Source: Octopus sinensis
Lineage: Eukaryota
Direction of reading: 5' to 3'
Length of the DNA stretch: 64,000 nt
Assembly (NCBI RefSeq): GCF_006345805.1
Contig: NC_043002.1
Coordinates: forward strand, 6,944,001 to 7,008,000
In this document: positions 1 through 12,003 of the stretch, piece by piece
Layout: every line of letters begins with the position of its first letter
How positions within the stretch are numbered: the first letter of the stretch is position 1
Position numbers and translations under genes: made by a program
The notes under the pieces: generated by a model
The model's input: only the letters and a program-made list of their open reading frames with translations
The model's database searches: none
Told to the model about the DNA's origin: nothing

Positions 1-136
1 ACCTAAACACATGTTCGTATTGGAGAATTTGGCGCGTATGCCAAGCAGTAGGGCATGTCTTTTCAAAATTTCTGGTATATACATGTGCGTATGCGAGTGC
101 GTGTGTGTGTGTGTGAGATAGAGAGAGAGAGAAAGA

Positions 137-258
137 GAGAGTATAGATATATGTATTGTTTTATACGATCACCTCACACGCTACTAATAGTTTCACGTAG
201 ATGGAAACTCGAGTACGTTCTTCAGGTGTGTCAATATTTTTCCTCTCGCCAGATGGAG
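137..258 (-). mobile_element. Short PLE-like terminal-repeat remnant carrying a hammerhead fold, inserted in an RTE fragment
   Basis: 155-226 is the reverse complement of 23474-23557 with few differences. The motif CTCTCGCCAGATGGAGTA occurs at 243-260 and again at about 23566-23583. Confidence 0.6.
176..231 (-). ncRNA. Minimal type I hammerhead ribozyme fold
   Basis: Minus strand reads ACACAC-CTGAAGA-ACGTA(14 nt)TACGT-GAA-AC(TATTA)GT-A-GCGTGT. Core is intact; stem I is 5/6 bp, stem II 5 bp, cleavage triplet GUA. Confidence 0.65.
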
Positions 259-462
259 TACTCTTTATCCAGTGAACCGACAGCAGAGATGGTTCTGACT
301 TGGTACCTGAAACATTCGACACAATTCAGCGTGACCTTATCAATGGCGAATGCTGGCATAGGTTTTGTTGTGTTCGGGGCTGCCTGGATCAGGACCTTCG
401 TCTCCCCAAGGCTGATGGTCAGGCCCATGTGTATGGATACCTCGGTGAAGTGGTTGACGATG

Positions 463-465
<3 letters not shown>
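259..465 (-). mobile_element. RTE-clade LINE reverse transcriptase fragment
   Basis: Translation GLTISLGETKVLIQAAP...VECFRY...SLDKE matches the RTE RT region after YADD (GLTISxxKTKV...FxYLGS...SLDxE). Confidence 0.75.
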
Positions 466-526
<61 letters not shown>

Positions 527-1749
527 ATGTGTGCGCGTATGATTATTTGTAGGATTGAATAATCAGTGATTTTTCCATCTTTAAAACACTAAGGTGTTAT
601 TTGAGGGAGACTTCTCTGCTACATCTTGCAGGTCTAGCGGCCATGTAATGTGACTTTCTCGATCAATGGTCTGAGTGAAAATCTCTGATGCGAGAAAGGA
701 ACCCAGAAGAGGGCAACTGTAGCAACAAAAAAAAAATTATTAAAGATTTTACAGTATTACATCTAGTGAAACCTTTCTGTAACCATTTACATTAAACCGG
801 TTGAGTGTTTCGTACGTTAATTACGTATACAACACCCATTTAAATGAGTGTACACCAACCACTGAGCTCCAGATTTGTTGTCCAGCATCTTATCTATTTA
901 CTCTCTCGCTTTTCTTTTTCCTTCCTTGCTTGCCTCCTTTTCCTTTCCCTTCTTTCCTTCCTTCCTTCTTTCCTTCTTTCTGTCTTTCTTTTTGTCTCCT
1001 TATCTGAAATCTACAACCTGTAGAAAAGTGTAGAAGAACGGATAAGCTTAAGAAGAAAATCGTTAAATTTTATCGTTTGTGAAAGAAGCATCCGTGTTAT
1101 ATTTTATATTTCGCTTACTTTTTGTCTTGTTACTGTTTTTATCCTCGTCGTTGTTTTTGTTATTGTCTTCAATGTTTATTTATTTTGTTTGCTTGTTTGT
1201 TTAACTCTTATAATAAACTATGCAAAATGACAGTTTTAAGAACATTCATCATTATTTTCTGAAAATATCAAGCTATATTCAGATTATGCTCGATTCAGAA
1301 AAAAATTATTACTTTACGCTTCACATAACAGTGTGATATCTTAGATATATGTCTGTGCATTTGTATGCACGTATATGTATGAATGTGCGTGTGTGTATTT
1401 GTGTGTGTGTATGTGTGTACGCGTATGAGTTAACGTGTGTGTGTGAATGGGTTTTTTATATATCTATATATTTATGTGTGTATTATTTGACGTTTTCCGG
1501 TAGACGAATAGACGAAGCAACTTTCTTTCAAACGTATCCTCATTCATTATGAACACAAAGAAACGCAACCAGAGTCTCTCCTGGGAAAAATAGCTTCATT
1601 ACCTGCTATCTGATCAGCATTGGCTAGTAATTACTATTTACAGGTTCAAACAAACATGGGAATCTTTATTAACCATTTCATTGTACGACTCTGTTGAGTT
1701 CAAAACATGCGTTTCTAATGACTGACCAAATAATATACAGACGAAATAC

Positions 1750-1982
1750 CTATTTCTTTACTACCCACAAGGGGCTAAACATAGAGGGGACAAAAAAGGA
1801 CAGACAAACGGATTAAGTCGATTCTATCGACCCCAGTGCGTAACTGGTACTTAATTTATCGACCCCGAAAGGATGAAAGGCAAAGTCGACCTCGGCGGAA
1901 TTTGAACTCAGAACGTAACGGCGGACGAAATACGGCTTCGCATTTCGCCCGGCGTGCCAACGTTTCTGCCAGCTCACCGCCT
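1750..1982 (-). mobile_element. tRNA-derived SINE, family A
   Basis: Head GGCGGTGAGCTGGCAGAAACG, B-box-like GAGTTCAAATTCC, core GTCGACTTTGCCTTTCATCCTTTCGGGGTCGATAAA, tail GTAGTAAAGAAATAG. Flanked by ATATACAGAC(G)AAATA direct repeats. Confidence 0.9.
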
Positions 1983-2289
1983 ATATACAGACAAATATTA
2001 GCATGACTGCACCAATCTTTAAACAATAAAGAAGGTATTTTCCTGACATTGGTGCTTCAACGGGGCGCCAAAATGGACCGTAAAGTAATAATTCTATTGT
2101 TTCTGAGTCGTGTATAAGCCTGAATTTAGTTTAGCATTTTCATATTTTCAAACATTATTTGGAAGTTTCTCTATACGATTTAATCTAACTATTTGAACCC
2201 TCACAATGCAGGGAAGTTGTACTGCTCGAGCAATTACTGCCTATTCTTACAAACTTACATTTCTCTTTGTATCTGTGTATTGTATGTAT

Positions 2290-2670
2290 CTATGTATGGA
2301 TTTATCTATATATCTATCTATTTATCTCAATCTATCTATCTATCTATCTATCAATCTATCTATCTATCCATCTATATATATATACATATATAAGAAGAAA
2401 TTATGGCAGAATTGTTAGGGAGTTGGACAAAATGCCCAGCGGCATTTCTTCTGGTTTTTATTTTATCAGGTGGTGCTATTAAGTTAGACATGGCCTGGAC
2501 CAATCTTTGGTCGAAACATATCTAAGTTTATCTAGGTATATATATATCTATTTATCTCTATCTATCTATCGATCTATCTTTCTTTTTTCTATCTATTTAT
2601 CTATCTATCTTTCTTTCTGTCTGTACCTATCTATCTATCTATCTATCGATCGATCGATCTGTCTATTATC
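2290..2670. repeat. (TCTA)n/(TA)n microsatellite region
   Basis: Read directly from the sequence. Confidence 0.9.
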
Positions 2671-2759
2671 CATCAATTTATCGATGTGTGTGTGCGTGCG
2701 TGTGTATGTGTTGCGAGTACAGTTAGATACACGACAACAATTGTATTAGAACTTTACGT

Positions 2760-2870
2760 AGATTACCATTAACCCAAGCTTCCACTATGGCGGTTCTTCA
2801 ACCACTGAACTCAGCAGTGTTAATAGTTATGATATACAAAGCATATGTAGTGGAAGTTAACATAAACACA
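2760..2870 (+). mobile_element. Possible pogo/Tigger DDE remnant
   Basis: LPLTQASTMAVLQPLNSAVLIVMIYKAY resembles LPPNTTSxLQPLDQGVIxxFKAxY. Short and decayed. Confidence 0.3.
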
Positions 2871-4454
2871 GGTATAAAAACCGTACGTTTCACCATTGGA
2901 GTCATTTGGAATTCAGTATTGAATGTTCCAAGTGCTTAGGATGCCTGACACGCAGAGGATAATCCTAGGAACACTTTATTCCATTCTGTTACAAAGATCT
3001 AATATCCGAAGTCAGACATATGGCGAGGTAATTTATTATTATTATTATTTAGAGAAGGAAGTGAAAAGATAGCAAGCAGTGTAGAGCAAATTGGAAGAGG
3101 GGAAAAGACTGAAATTCTTAACTAACCACATAGTGATACGGAAAATTACTTAGGTTTCGCTTTGGATAGGAAAATTCTAAGACCTAGACTCTGACCAAGC
3201 ATAAAAACGACAGAACCTTATTGTCCTATAATTATATATACAAATACTTAAGTGTAATGTGTCTGTGTGTCGGACACAATTTTGTTATTGTTTCAAATCA
3301 TATACACCGTACATAGATCATATTAAACTAAATGCTTCATTAAACTGCATCGTACAGAACTCATTCACTCGTAACCTACGCAACAGAACTGCTCTTATTT
3401 GAAGACAAATCTACAAAGCAACCGGGAATGAAGACAAAAGCAGGCATCTGCAATGTCCTGATATCACAATTACTACAGCAGGTCAATGAGCGATCTTGCA
3501 GTACAACCCTACGCTTTCTCACGCAGGAATATCCCGAAACTAAAGACAAGAGGTGACAAAATGCTAAACCTCATAACGTCGAGAGAATACTCATAGCAAC
3601 GGCTTCTCTTTGAAAAATCCACAACTCTGTATCCCAAAGACATTGGCTACCACTTCAGGGTGAGAAAATTCTTCGGCTTTGACCAGTTGTTAACCCTTTA
3701 CAAAGTTCATCTATGAATCCCATTAAATTACCAACTTCATACTTTGACCGAACCCTACCTTAAATATCGTATATTAGACTTCATAACTAAGATCCGACGC
3801 TTATGAAATTCTCATTCCTTCTCATAAAAAGCATTGATTTACAAAAGCTTAAGTTGAACATGAGCCATCTTAACAGGAATTTTAGAGTTGCATTAGATGG
3901 CTGATTACTCAGTTACACACCTCCTTCAGTGATGCCATCGCTCTCTCTCTCTCTCTCTCCCACTCTCTATATATAAGTATACACACATATATATAAAGAG
4001 AGAAAGAAGGAGAGATAGACTGATATACATATACAAACTATATACATTTAGATACACGTATATGTATGTACATGCATGCAATAACATGTACTCGTTCATA
4101 TATACCGCAACACATCTTTCTCTTTCCATACACACATATACTCACACACGTACACATACACACACATACACATGCATATATACATGTGTGTGTGTGTATG
4201 TGTGTGTGTGTGTGTGAGTGCATGCATTTTGGAAAATATATGTATTAGTGTGTGCGCGTTCTTATTTGTCTGTCACTGCTTGATAACCGCTGTTTGTGTG
4301 TTTACATTCTCGTATATCTTAGCAGTTTGGTAAAAAGATGAAATAAAATAATACCAAACAAAATATATTTATATTGGGGTCACTTAATTCCCCAAAGTGA
4401 TGCTTCGGCATGGCCGATGCCCAATATCCTGATAAATAGTAAAATATATGTATA

Positions 4455-4683
4455 AGGCGGCGAGCTGGCAGAAACGATAGCGTGCCGGGCGAAATGCGTA
4501 GCCGTATTTCGTCTGCCGTTACGTTCTGAGTTTAAATTCCACCGAGATCGACTTTGCCTTTCATCCTTTAGAGGTCGATAAATTAAGTACCAGTTACGCA
4601 CTGGGGTCGATGTAATCGACTTAATCCCTTTGTCTGTCCTTGTTTGTCCCCCCTGTGTTTAGCCCCTTGTGGGTAGTAAAGAT
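4455..4683 (+). mobile_element. SINE family A
   Basis: Near-identical to the 1750-1982 copy, in the opposite orientation. Confidence 0.9.
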
Positions 4684-5412
4684 ATATATATATACATGGA
4701 GTTTAAATATAAGCATTGAAATGTACGAATATACTTATACGCAATTATTACTACTTAAACACAAACGACACATACACACAGATGCAAGTGTATATATCGT
4801 GATTAAATGAAGCGTTAGACCATTTTCTAAAACTAAAACAAATAGAAAAGAAAAGGAAAACGGATCAAAGAGGAAATAAAGAAAGAAAGAATGAAAAAAA
4901 GAGAGGAAGGAAGAAGGGAAAAGAGGAAGAAAAAAAGACTTGCATGTTCCCCATTGCTAATTAAGCACTCCCTTCTCTGGTTTAGTTTTCGTGCGCAGGA
5001 ATTAAGCATAGCTATGCCAATGATCCATAATAGATGATAACAACAGATCAATTATACTCAAATTTCGTACCTATTTATATAATAGCTGACCATATTAAAC
5101 ACACACACACACACGCACATAAACACGCACGCACGCCACTAAACACAAACATGTAACACGTAGATATACATATCCCTGTACATACATACACGCGCGCACA
5201 CGTACACACATCCATCCATACATACGTACATACATACTTGCATAGATAGATAGACAGATAGACAGACAGACGCATATGGATATATAGATATAGTTATATA
5301 TATAAAGGCTGTAGATCAGTGACACGTGAGCCATTGAATTTCATCGTGACTTGCTACAATATTAAACAACTGACGAGCAAATCTGTGGTATTGAGCAGAA
5401 TATTTGCTGTAG

Positions 5413-5451
<39 letters not shown>

Positions 5452-5453
5452 GG

Positions 5454-5488
<35 letters not shown>

Positions 5489-5490
<2 letters not shown>

Positions 5491-5921
5491 GGCAGTGAGT
5501 TGGCACGGGGGAAGATACTTAGCTTCATTTCATCTCTCTCACGTCGTTCTGAGTTCAAATTCCGTCAAGGTCAACTTTGCCTTTCCACCTTTCGGGGTGA
5601 ATAGAATAAGTACCAGGTGAGCACTTGGGTCGATTTAATCAAGTTGGCTCCTCCTTCAAAACTGCTGGTATTGTGCCAAAATTTGAAATCATTATTATTA
5701 TGATGAATTGTTTGCACGCCCTGCAAAATGCCTAGCAACATTTTTTCTGCCGCTACGTTCTGAGTTCAAATTCCACCGAGGTCGACTTTACCTTTCATCC
5801 TTTCGGGGTCGATTAAATAAGTACCAGTTACGCACTGGGGTCGATATAATCGACTTAATCCGTTTGTCTATCCTTGTTTGTCCTCTCTGTGTTTAGCTCC
5901 TTGTGGGTAGTAAAGAAATAT
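5489..5921 (+). mobile_element. Two adjacent SINEs: an A-related variant with a different tail, then a family A body
   Basis: Both contain CGTTCTGAGTTCAAATTCC...CCTTTCGGGG. The second is bracketed by a 30-bp direct repeat TTTGCACGCCCT(G/C)CAAAATGCCTAGCA(A/G)CA at about 5711 and 5927. Confidence 0.8.
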
Positions 5922-6414
5922 AATCTTTTGCACGCCCTCCAAAATGCCTAGCAGCAGTTCGTCAGTCTTTGACTGCTATTTCTAACAAGTCAAATGATCA
6001 CTTGCAAGCTTTAGTCTTTGACGCTTATGGATGGGTACTGTAGAAGTTATTAATATTTTTATCTCACGTATGTGACGCACCAGCACTCGCTCTTTCGTAA
6101 TGGTATTTATCCTGTTTATTTTATTCTATTTGTTTACATTTTAGGTTCATTTCTTTGGACAACATTTATCCTTGTAAAAAAAAAGTAAACATACTAACAT
6201 ATTTCTGATTTGTTATAGCGATCGAGCATATCACAGATGCTGGCCCACTCGTGTACAAATCTTTTTTTTCTCTTTCTTTCCAGTGCGTGTGTGACGTCAT
6301 GAACATTGGTGTCAATAGCTGCCTTTGCTCATGTGAATTTATCATACTGAGAACCCCAATCAATAATTGATATTTCCCACACATTCTCTTTCAGTTTTCC
6401 ACGGTTGATATTAT

Positions 6415-6613
6415 GGCGAAATGCTTAGCGGTATTTCGTCTGCCGTTACGTTCTGAGTTCAAATTCCGCCGAGGTCGACTTTGCCTTTCATCCTTTCGGG
6501 GTCGATTAAATAAGTACCAGTTACGCACTGGGGTCGAAATAATCGACTTAATCCGTTTATCTGTCCTTGTTTGTCCTCCCTGTGTTTAGCCCCTTGTGGG
6601 TAGTAAAGAAATA
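6415..6613 (+). mobile_element. SINE family A, 5'-truncated, with 12-bp TSD
   Basis: TSD GGTTGATATTAT at 6403-6414 and 6614-6625. Confidence 0.9.
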
Positions 6614-7004
6614 GGTTGATATTATTTTACCTATGTAAGTAATTTTGTGGTCGTTTCCCTCAAAGAAAAAAAAGAAAAAATTGGAATAAAAGGAACAATA
6701 ATTTTTCTTGATTTTCTTTAAGAATATTATCCGGGTTGCACACCTTTATTTGAATCAAAATTTATAAGTAATGCAAGAATGTCTCAAAGCATTGCACCTC
6801 TGTTGCTCTCTGATGAAACTGCTAGAATAAGGTTCAACCAATTAGGTTATGTTATGATAGAAAGTTCTGGCAAACTGCCGAATGGACATAAGCGCATTTC
6901 TCGTTCATGATTGTGAATATATTTATGCTCATACCTCGTAGCTTCATTTTCAGTGTTTGCCATAGTCATCAGCTTTCTGATAAATAAGGAAATTATTATT
7001 GTTG

Positions 7005-7026
7005 CTGTAGTAGTAGTAGTTGTTGT

Positions 7027-7059
<33 letters not shown>

Positions 7060-7395
7060 CACCAACACTACCACTACTACTACTACCACCACCACCACCA
7101 CTACTACTACTACTACTACCACTACTACTACTACCACTAATACTACACTACTAATACTACTACTACTACCACTACTACTATTACCACCACCACTACTATT
7201 ACCACCACCACCACCACCACCACCACTACTACTACTACTACTACTCCTACCACTACCACCACTACTATTACTACTACCACCACCACCACCACTACTATTA
7301 CCACCACCACCACCACCACTACTACTACCATTACCACCACCACCACCACCATCACTATTACTACTACTACTACTACCATTACCACTCCTACCACT

Positions 7396-7449
<54 letters not shown>

Positions 7450-7460
7450 GTTGTTGTTCT
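7005..7460. repeat. (ACT/ACC)n trinucleotide repeat
   Basis: Read directly; accounts for the poly-V/T/L/P ORFs. Confidence 0.95.
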
Positions 7461-8246
7461 TGTTATTAAAATAATTACTGTTGTTGGCTGTGATAGTGTG
7501 ATATTCGTTATAACCGTGTGGAATTTACTTTGGCGCTGGTGGGGGGGTCTGAGATTTGTGGTATTTGTGTCGTTATTTTTGTAGGTTACGGTTCTTCCTG
7601 TAAGTCGTATTGTTGTTATTGTTGTGGTCGTCGTTATTTCTGGGAATAGATGCGAGGGATATATACAAAAGGAAAAAAAAATATAAATTCACGAACTAAA
7701 AGAAAAAAAAGGAACAACATCAGAAAACGAGCAAAGTAGGGGCATCAAAATAATATTCAAAAGAAGGGGTTAACAATCGGAAAATTAAAAAGGCCCACAA
7801 CAAAACAAAACGACAAAACCGTCATATATGCAACATTAATTAGACATTTCATTTTTTCACAATTCCCATGCATACACATTACCCCAACCTCTCACTCTCT
7901 CCCTACCTCCCGTCTCTCTCTCCTTCCCTCCCTCTCTCACCTTCTCTCTCTCTCTTACTCTATTCCTTTCACCCTCCCTTTCTCCCTCCCTTCTCTCTAT
8001 TTCTTTCCCAATGGCCTCACTAGTCTTTGGTCGTTAGGCAAGTGTATCTTTCTCCTATTCATGACCATCCAGTGTGATGATTTACAACAGGTTCTGCCAA
8101 ACACTGAAAAGATTCGATCTTAGATTAATACATTACTATTTGTATGTGAGTACACAATTTATCTGTTTGTGGGAAGATATATACATATGCGTGTGTATGT
8201 GTGTGTGTGCATTTGTGTATGCATGTATACGTATACGACGTGCATC

Positions 8247-8310
<64 letters not shown>

Positions 8311-8313
<3 letters not shown>

Positions 8314-8515
8314 GGGAGAGTTTACGAAAAAAACAAAAGACGAAGACAGGTGGTATACAAAACAAACAGATGTATTAGTATAACGCTCAGGAATAGAAAA
8401 AGTATTTTACGTTTCGAGTCTACGCTCTTCTACAGAAAGGGACACAGAAAAAAAACAAGGAGAGAAACGAGGAGAGAAAAAAAATGTGTGTAGTGGCTAA
8501 CGATCTATCATGGCG
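8311..8515 (-). mobile_element. Dispersed 200-bp repeat, PLE terminal-repeat-like; other copies at 17790-17945 (opposite orientation) and 46668-46866
   Basis: Three similar copies, two of them abutting (TA)n. Each has a degenerate hammerhead-like motif, consensus CTTT-CTGTAGA-A-GAGCGTAGGCTC-GAA-ACGT-A-AAAG. Confidence 0.6.
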
Positions 8516-8549
8516 AATGTATGTATGTATGTATGTATGTAGTACACAC

Positions 8550-8860
8550 ACAGTGTTGGAGAAATTTGATAGCTGGCATAATAGAGAAAGAAAACAATAT
8601 CTCATCCAAAAATAAATATAATTTTAAAAACAATTAAATATGAAATACATTGTGGCTGGAGGATAATGTTTTAGTCAAAGGAACCACCCTCAGATTTCGC
8701 CACAGACTGAAGAAAGCTCTAGAACCTGATGCATGCATTCCTCGCAGTAAAATCTTCGAATACTCTTTCAATCTTGGCCAACATCTTGAATTTTATGCTG
8801 CTGAGAGATTGTAGTCTATGAGATTACAATCTCGGGAATTAAGAGACCAGAAATTGAGAC
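8550..8860 (-). mobile_element. Tc1/mariner (maT-like) transposase 3' remnant
   Basis: Decayed translation ...KIERVFEDFTARNACIRFxSFLQSVAKSEGGSFD* matches a Tc1/maT C-terminus. Confidence 0.5.
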
Positions 8861-8960
8861 TGGATTGTTTAGTGTAAAGTCGAATTATTTTAGTATGACT
8901 TCACATAGAAACAACTATTGACTATATGTATGTGTGTATGTAGTATGTATAAACATACAT

Positions 8961-9036
<76 letters not shown>

Positions 9037-9045
9037 TAGATAGGC

Positions 9046-9086
<41 letters not shown>

Positions 9087-9367
9087 CACATGCATGAGTA
9101 AGTGAGAGAAAGACAGACAAGGTAACCTCTAGGTACCCGATAGGGAAAACAAATGCTTGCCATTCTACGAATTGTACTTCATTACGGGTGGATTATTCGC
9201 CGGTGTCCGCAATGGGTATTCAATTGTTGGACCAAATATTCTTATTCGTGAAATTGATAAGTGACCGAGTATTCCAAAGACATTTAAACTGTTAACGTAC
9301 TTCTCTCGACGAACTAGCATGACATGATGTTATGAGGTCGGATCTTTTAATTACAGTTACAGCTATC

Positions 9368-9369
9368 GA

Positions 9370-9404
<35 letters not shown>

Positions 9405-9767
9405 GAAGAAAGAAAGGAAAAAGAAAGAAAGAAAGAAAGAAAAAAGAAAGAAAGAAAGAATGACAGAAAAAAGAAAGAAAGAAAGAAAGAATGAAAGAAA
9501 GAAAAAAGAAAGAAAGAAAGAAAGAAAAAAGAAAGAAAGAAAGAAAAAAGAAAGAAAGAAAGAATGACAGAAAAAAAAAGGAAGAAAGAAAGAAAAAAGA
9601 AAGAAAGAAAGAAAGACAAACAGAAAGAAAGAAATAAAGAAAGAAAGGAAGAAAAAAAGAAAAAAGAAAGAAAGAAAGAATGAAAGAAAGAATGACAGAA
9701 AAAAAGAAAGACAGAAATAAATAAATAAAGAAAGAAAGAAAGAATGAAAGAAAGAAAGAAAGAATGA

Positions 9768-9807
<40 letters not shown>

Positions 9808-9840
9808 AGAAAGAAGAAAGAAAGAAAGAAAGAAAGAAAA

Positions 9841-9896
<56 letters not shown>

Positions 9897-9965
9897 ATGA
9901 AAGAAAGAATGACAGAAAAAAAGAAAAACAGAAATAAAAAAAAAGAAAGAAAGAAAGAAAAATGA
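9368..9965. repeat. (GAAA)n tetranucleotide array with recurring GAATGACAGAAAAA sub-unit
   Basis: Read directly; accounts for the 208-aa and 225-aa FLSF ORFs. Confidence 0.95.
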
Positions 9966-10435
9966 AAGATCATTGTCTTGAACTTTTACTTTAATCATAG
10001 GCCTCGAAAATGAGTATAGAAAATTTGCTCTGAGCGGCACTTGAACTCAGAGCGAGAATAAATATCGCATGGCATTCTGTACGGCGTTCTAACGACTCTG
10101 TCCATTCACTGCCTTACCGTATTTATATGGCAGAAGCAATAAATAAATGATAAAAAGATATATACCAAATGAAAAGGAAGAATATTTCGACAGGAATGGA
10201 ATGTAGTTGATTAAAATCTTGTGATACAAAACTCTTGATATCAAATCTGCGACAGACTTCGATGTGAATCGACATTTTACTACACAACTGGTCAAAAGCA
10301 ACAAAGTGCATCAGTATTTATGTCAGCGATAAAAGTGCGTCTCTAGTGACACGAAATTTGATTTGAACACGACATAAAAGAGAGATCGGACAGTGAAACC
10401 TAATGGGTATTTTAGCTGCTTATTTCGTATTTATT

Positions 10436-10467
10436 TTCTCGGCCTTTTGGTTAAGATCAAAGTGTAG
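10436..10467 (+). pseudogene. U2: U2 snRNA 5' fragment (truncated pseudogene)
   Basis: TTCTCGGCCTTTTGGTTAAGATCAAAGTGTAG matches the 5' end of U2 (..CTTCTCGGCCTTTTGGCTAAGATCAA(A)GTGTAGTA) with one substitution, including the branch-point recognition segment GTGTAG. Confidence 0.8.
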
Positions 10468-10479
10468 CGTTTATTTTGA

Positions 10480-11400
10480 GTTATATCGCAGTTTGTGAAC
10501 AATGACGTCGTCTGCAGATTTCCAACGGGTCAATCACAACTGATTCAATACATTAACGGCGGCAAAAGTGACAATAGACATCCTGTGTAACTCGGGTGAA
10601 ACGAATATTGCAAGTGTTTTCATCAACAGCCACCGTTTTGTCAGTTTTCTTACCACTGTCGATATCTTTCACTGATATATTCCTGGTGGACTTCCGCATA
10701 TTCTAACCAGGAAAGCCGAGGAAATACTGGTCAGTAATCGAGGCCTTTGATCTCATACTGGGTTCTCTGTATTCATATTAGTGATTTTTTAAGGTCTTCT
10801 CTGATATGACAATATCTCCTGATATCGTTTCCAATTTAAATTAAAATATTTTAAGTATCTTAAAGCAAGACATAAGAGTGAAATTATATTGCTACCATGA
10901 TTTCTTCACTATCGTATGTCTCTTAAGCCCATATCTCTGTTCATAAGTATAGCAATCTCAGTGTTATCATTCCACCAAACTACATTCGTGACATATTTAA
11001 TCGGCATAATATAATACTTAAGATGTATAAGAGGTGAGATCAAATAACATATACGGCTGTACCACCGGAGAATACTTTTACGTAATATCAGGCTGACTAG
11101 AGTGAAATGAGTGAAGGATTTCTGCTTCTTTCACTATAATAGTGTCATATTTTGCCTCTCCTTCACAAAGTATTAAACAATCGTTCATTTTGAGGAGAAT
11201 ATCTTCTCGGATTTCTTTAATCGCTTTTCTTTAAAACAAGTTCGTTCACTCAGCAATCAGACGAAAATAAGTGAATACTGACGAAGGTTTTAACGTAATT
11301 CAAAACTAATCCGTAGATCTTTCTCCCTGGCCATTGAATCTCCCCTAGTTTAATCACATGATCTATTTTCAAAGCGACGATAAATATATGTACTAACGAT
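10480..11400 (-). mobile_element. Ancient CR1/L2-like LINE 3' remnant
   Basis: Decayed motifs LEYA..V....VKDID and F...VNxxNxL on the minus strand, with AATAAA near 10470-10476. Confidence 0.45.
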
Positions 11401-11726
11401 ATCATGTCAAATATGTATCAAATTTGTAATTATATTGAATATATACAAATTCAAGACATTTTCTCACTGGTTGCTACAGTTGAGATGTGGCTATAGTGGG
11501 ACACCACTTAGCGGTTTTATTTGATTTCAGTCCGGTACTTGCGTGGTAGAATGAGCGTAGATATATATATTATGAGTTTGAGAAAGAGAACTCTCCTCAG
11601 AAGGACAATTGCTCTATTTCGATACTCAACGGTTGTATGTGGACAGAACTGATGGATGTATTCGGTTGTAGCATGTTATGCTGTAAACAATGTCTCGGTA
11701 AAAATAGTTAATCTGAGCATAATAGG

Positions 11727-12003
11727 AGCAAGTCACATGGTTCCAGGCTCAGTCCCACTACATGGCATCTTGGGTAAATGCCTTCTGCTGTAGCCTCGGG
11801 CCGATTAAAGCCGTGTGAATGGATTTGGTAGGCAGAAACTGAAAGAAACCCGTTGTATGTGTGTGTGTTGCGTGTATGTTTTTATGTGTGTGTTTGTGTG
11901 TGTGTCTGCGTGTGTGTGTCTGCGTGTGTGTGTCTGTGTGTGTATTTATTTTTGTTTTTCTGTAATGTTCTCCCCACCGTTTGACAATCGGTTTTGGAGC
12001 ATT
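11727..12003 (+). mobile_element. SINE family C, with internal (GT)n
   Basis: CACATGGTTCCAGGCTCAGTCCCACT...GGATTTGGTAGGCAGAAACTGAAAGAAACCCG; related to 62166-62577. Confidence 0.8.

Noticed and set aside
55-552. 165-aa plus-strand ORF
   Set aside because: Antisense to an RTE fragment and a PLE-like repeat, padded by (GT)n and (GA)n.
6847-7474. Pro/Leu/Thr/Val-rich ORFs up to 173 aa
   Set aside because: Translation of the (ACT/ACC)n microsatellite.
9347-10040. 208-aa and 225-aa Phe/Leu/Ser 'membrane' ORFs
   Set aside because: Translation of (GAAA)n.
10468-11400. Utopia/Keno element inserted in U2
   Set aside because: The sequence after the U2 fragment is antisense CR1-like, not the 5' end of a U2-targeting element, and there is no downstream U2 half.
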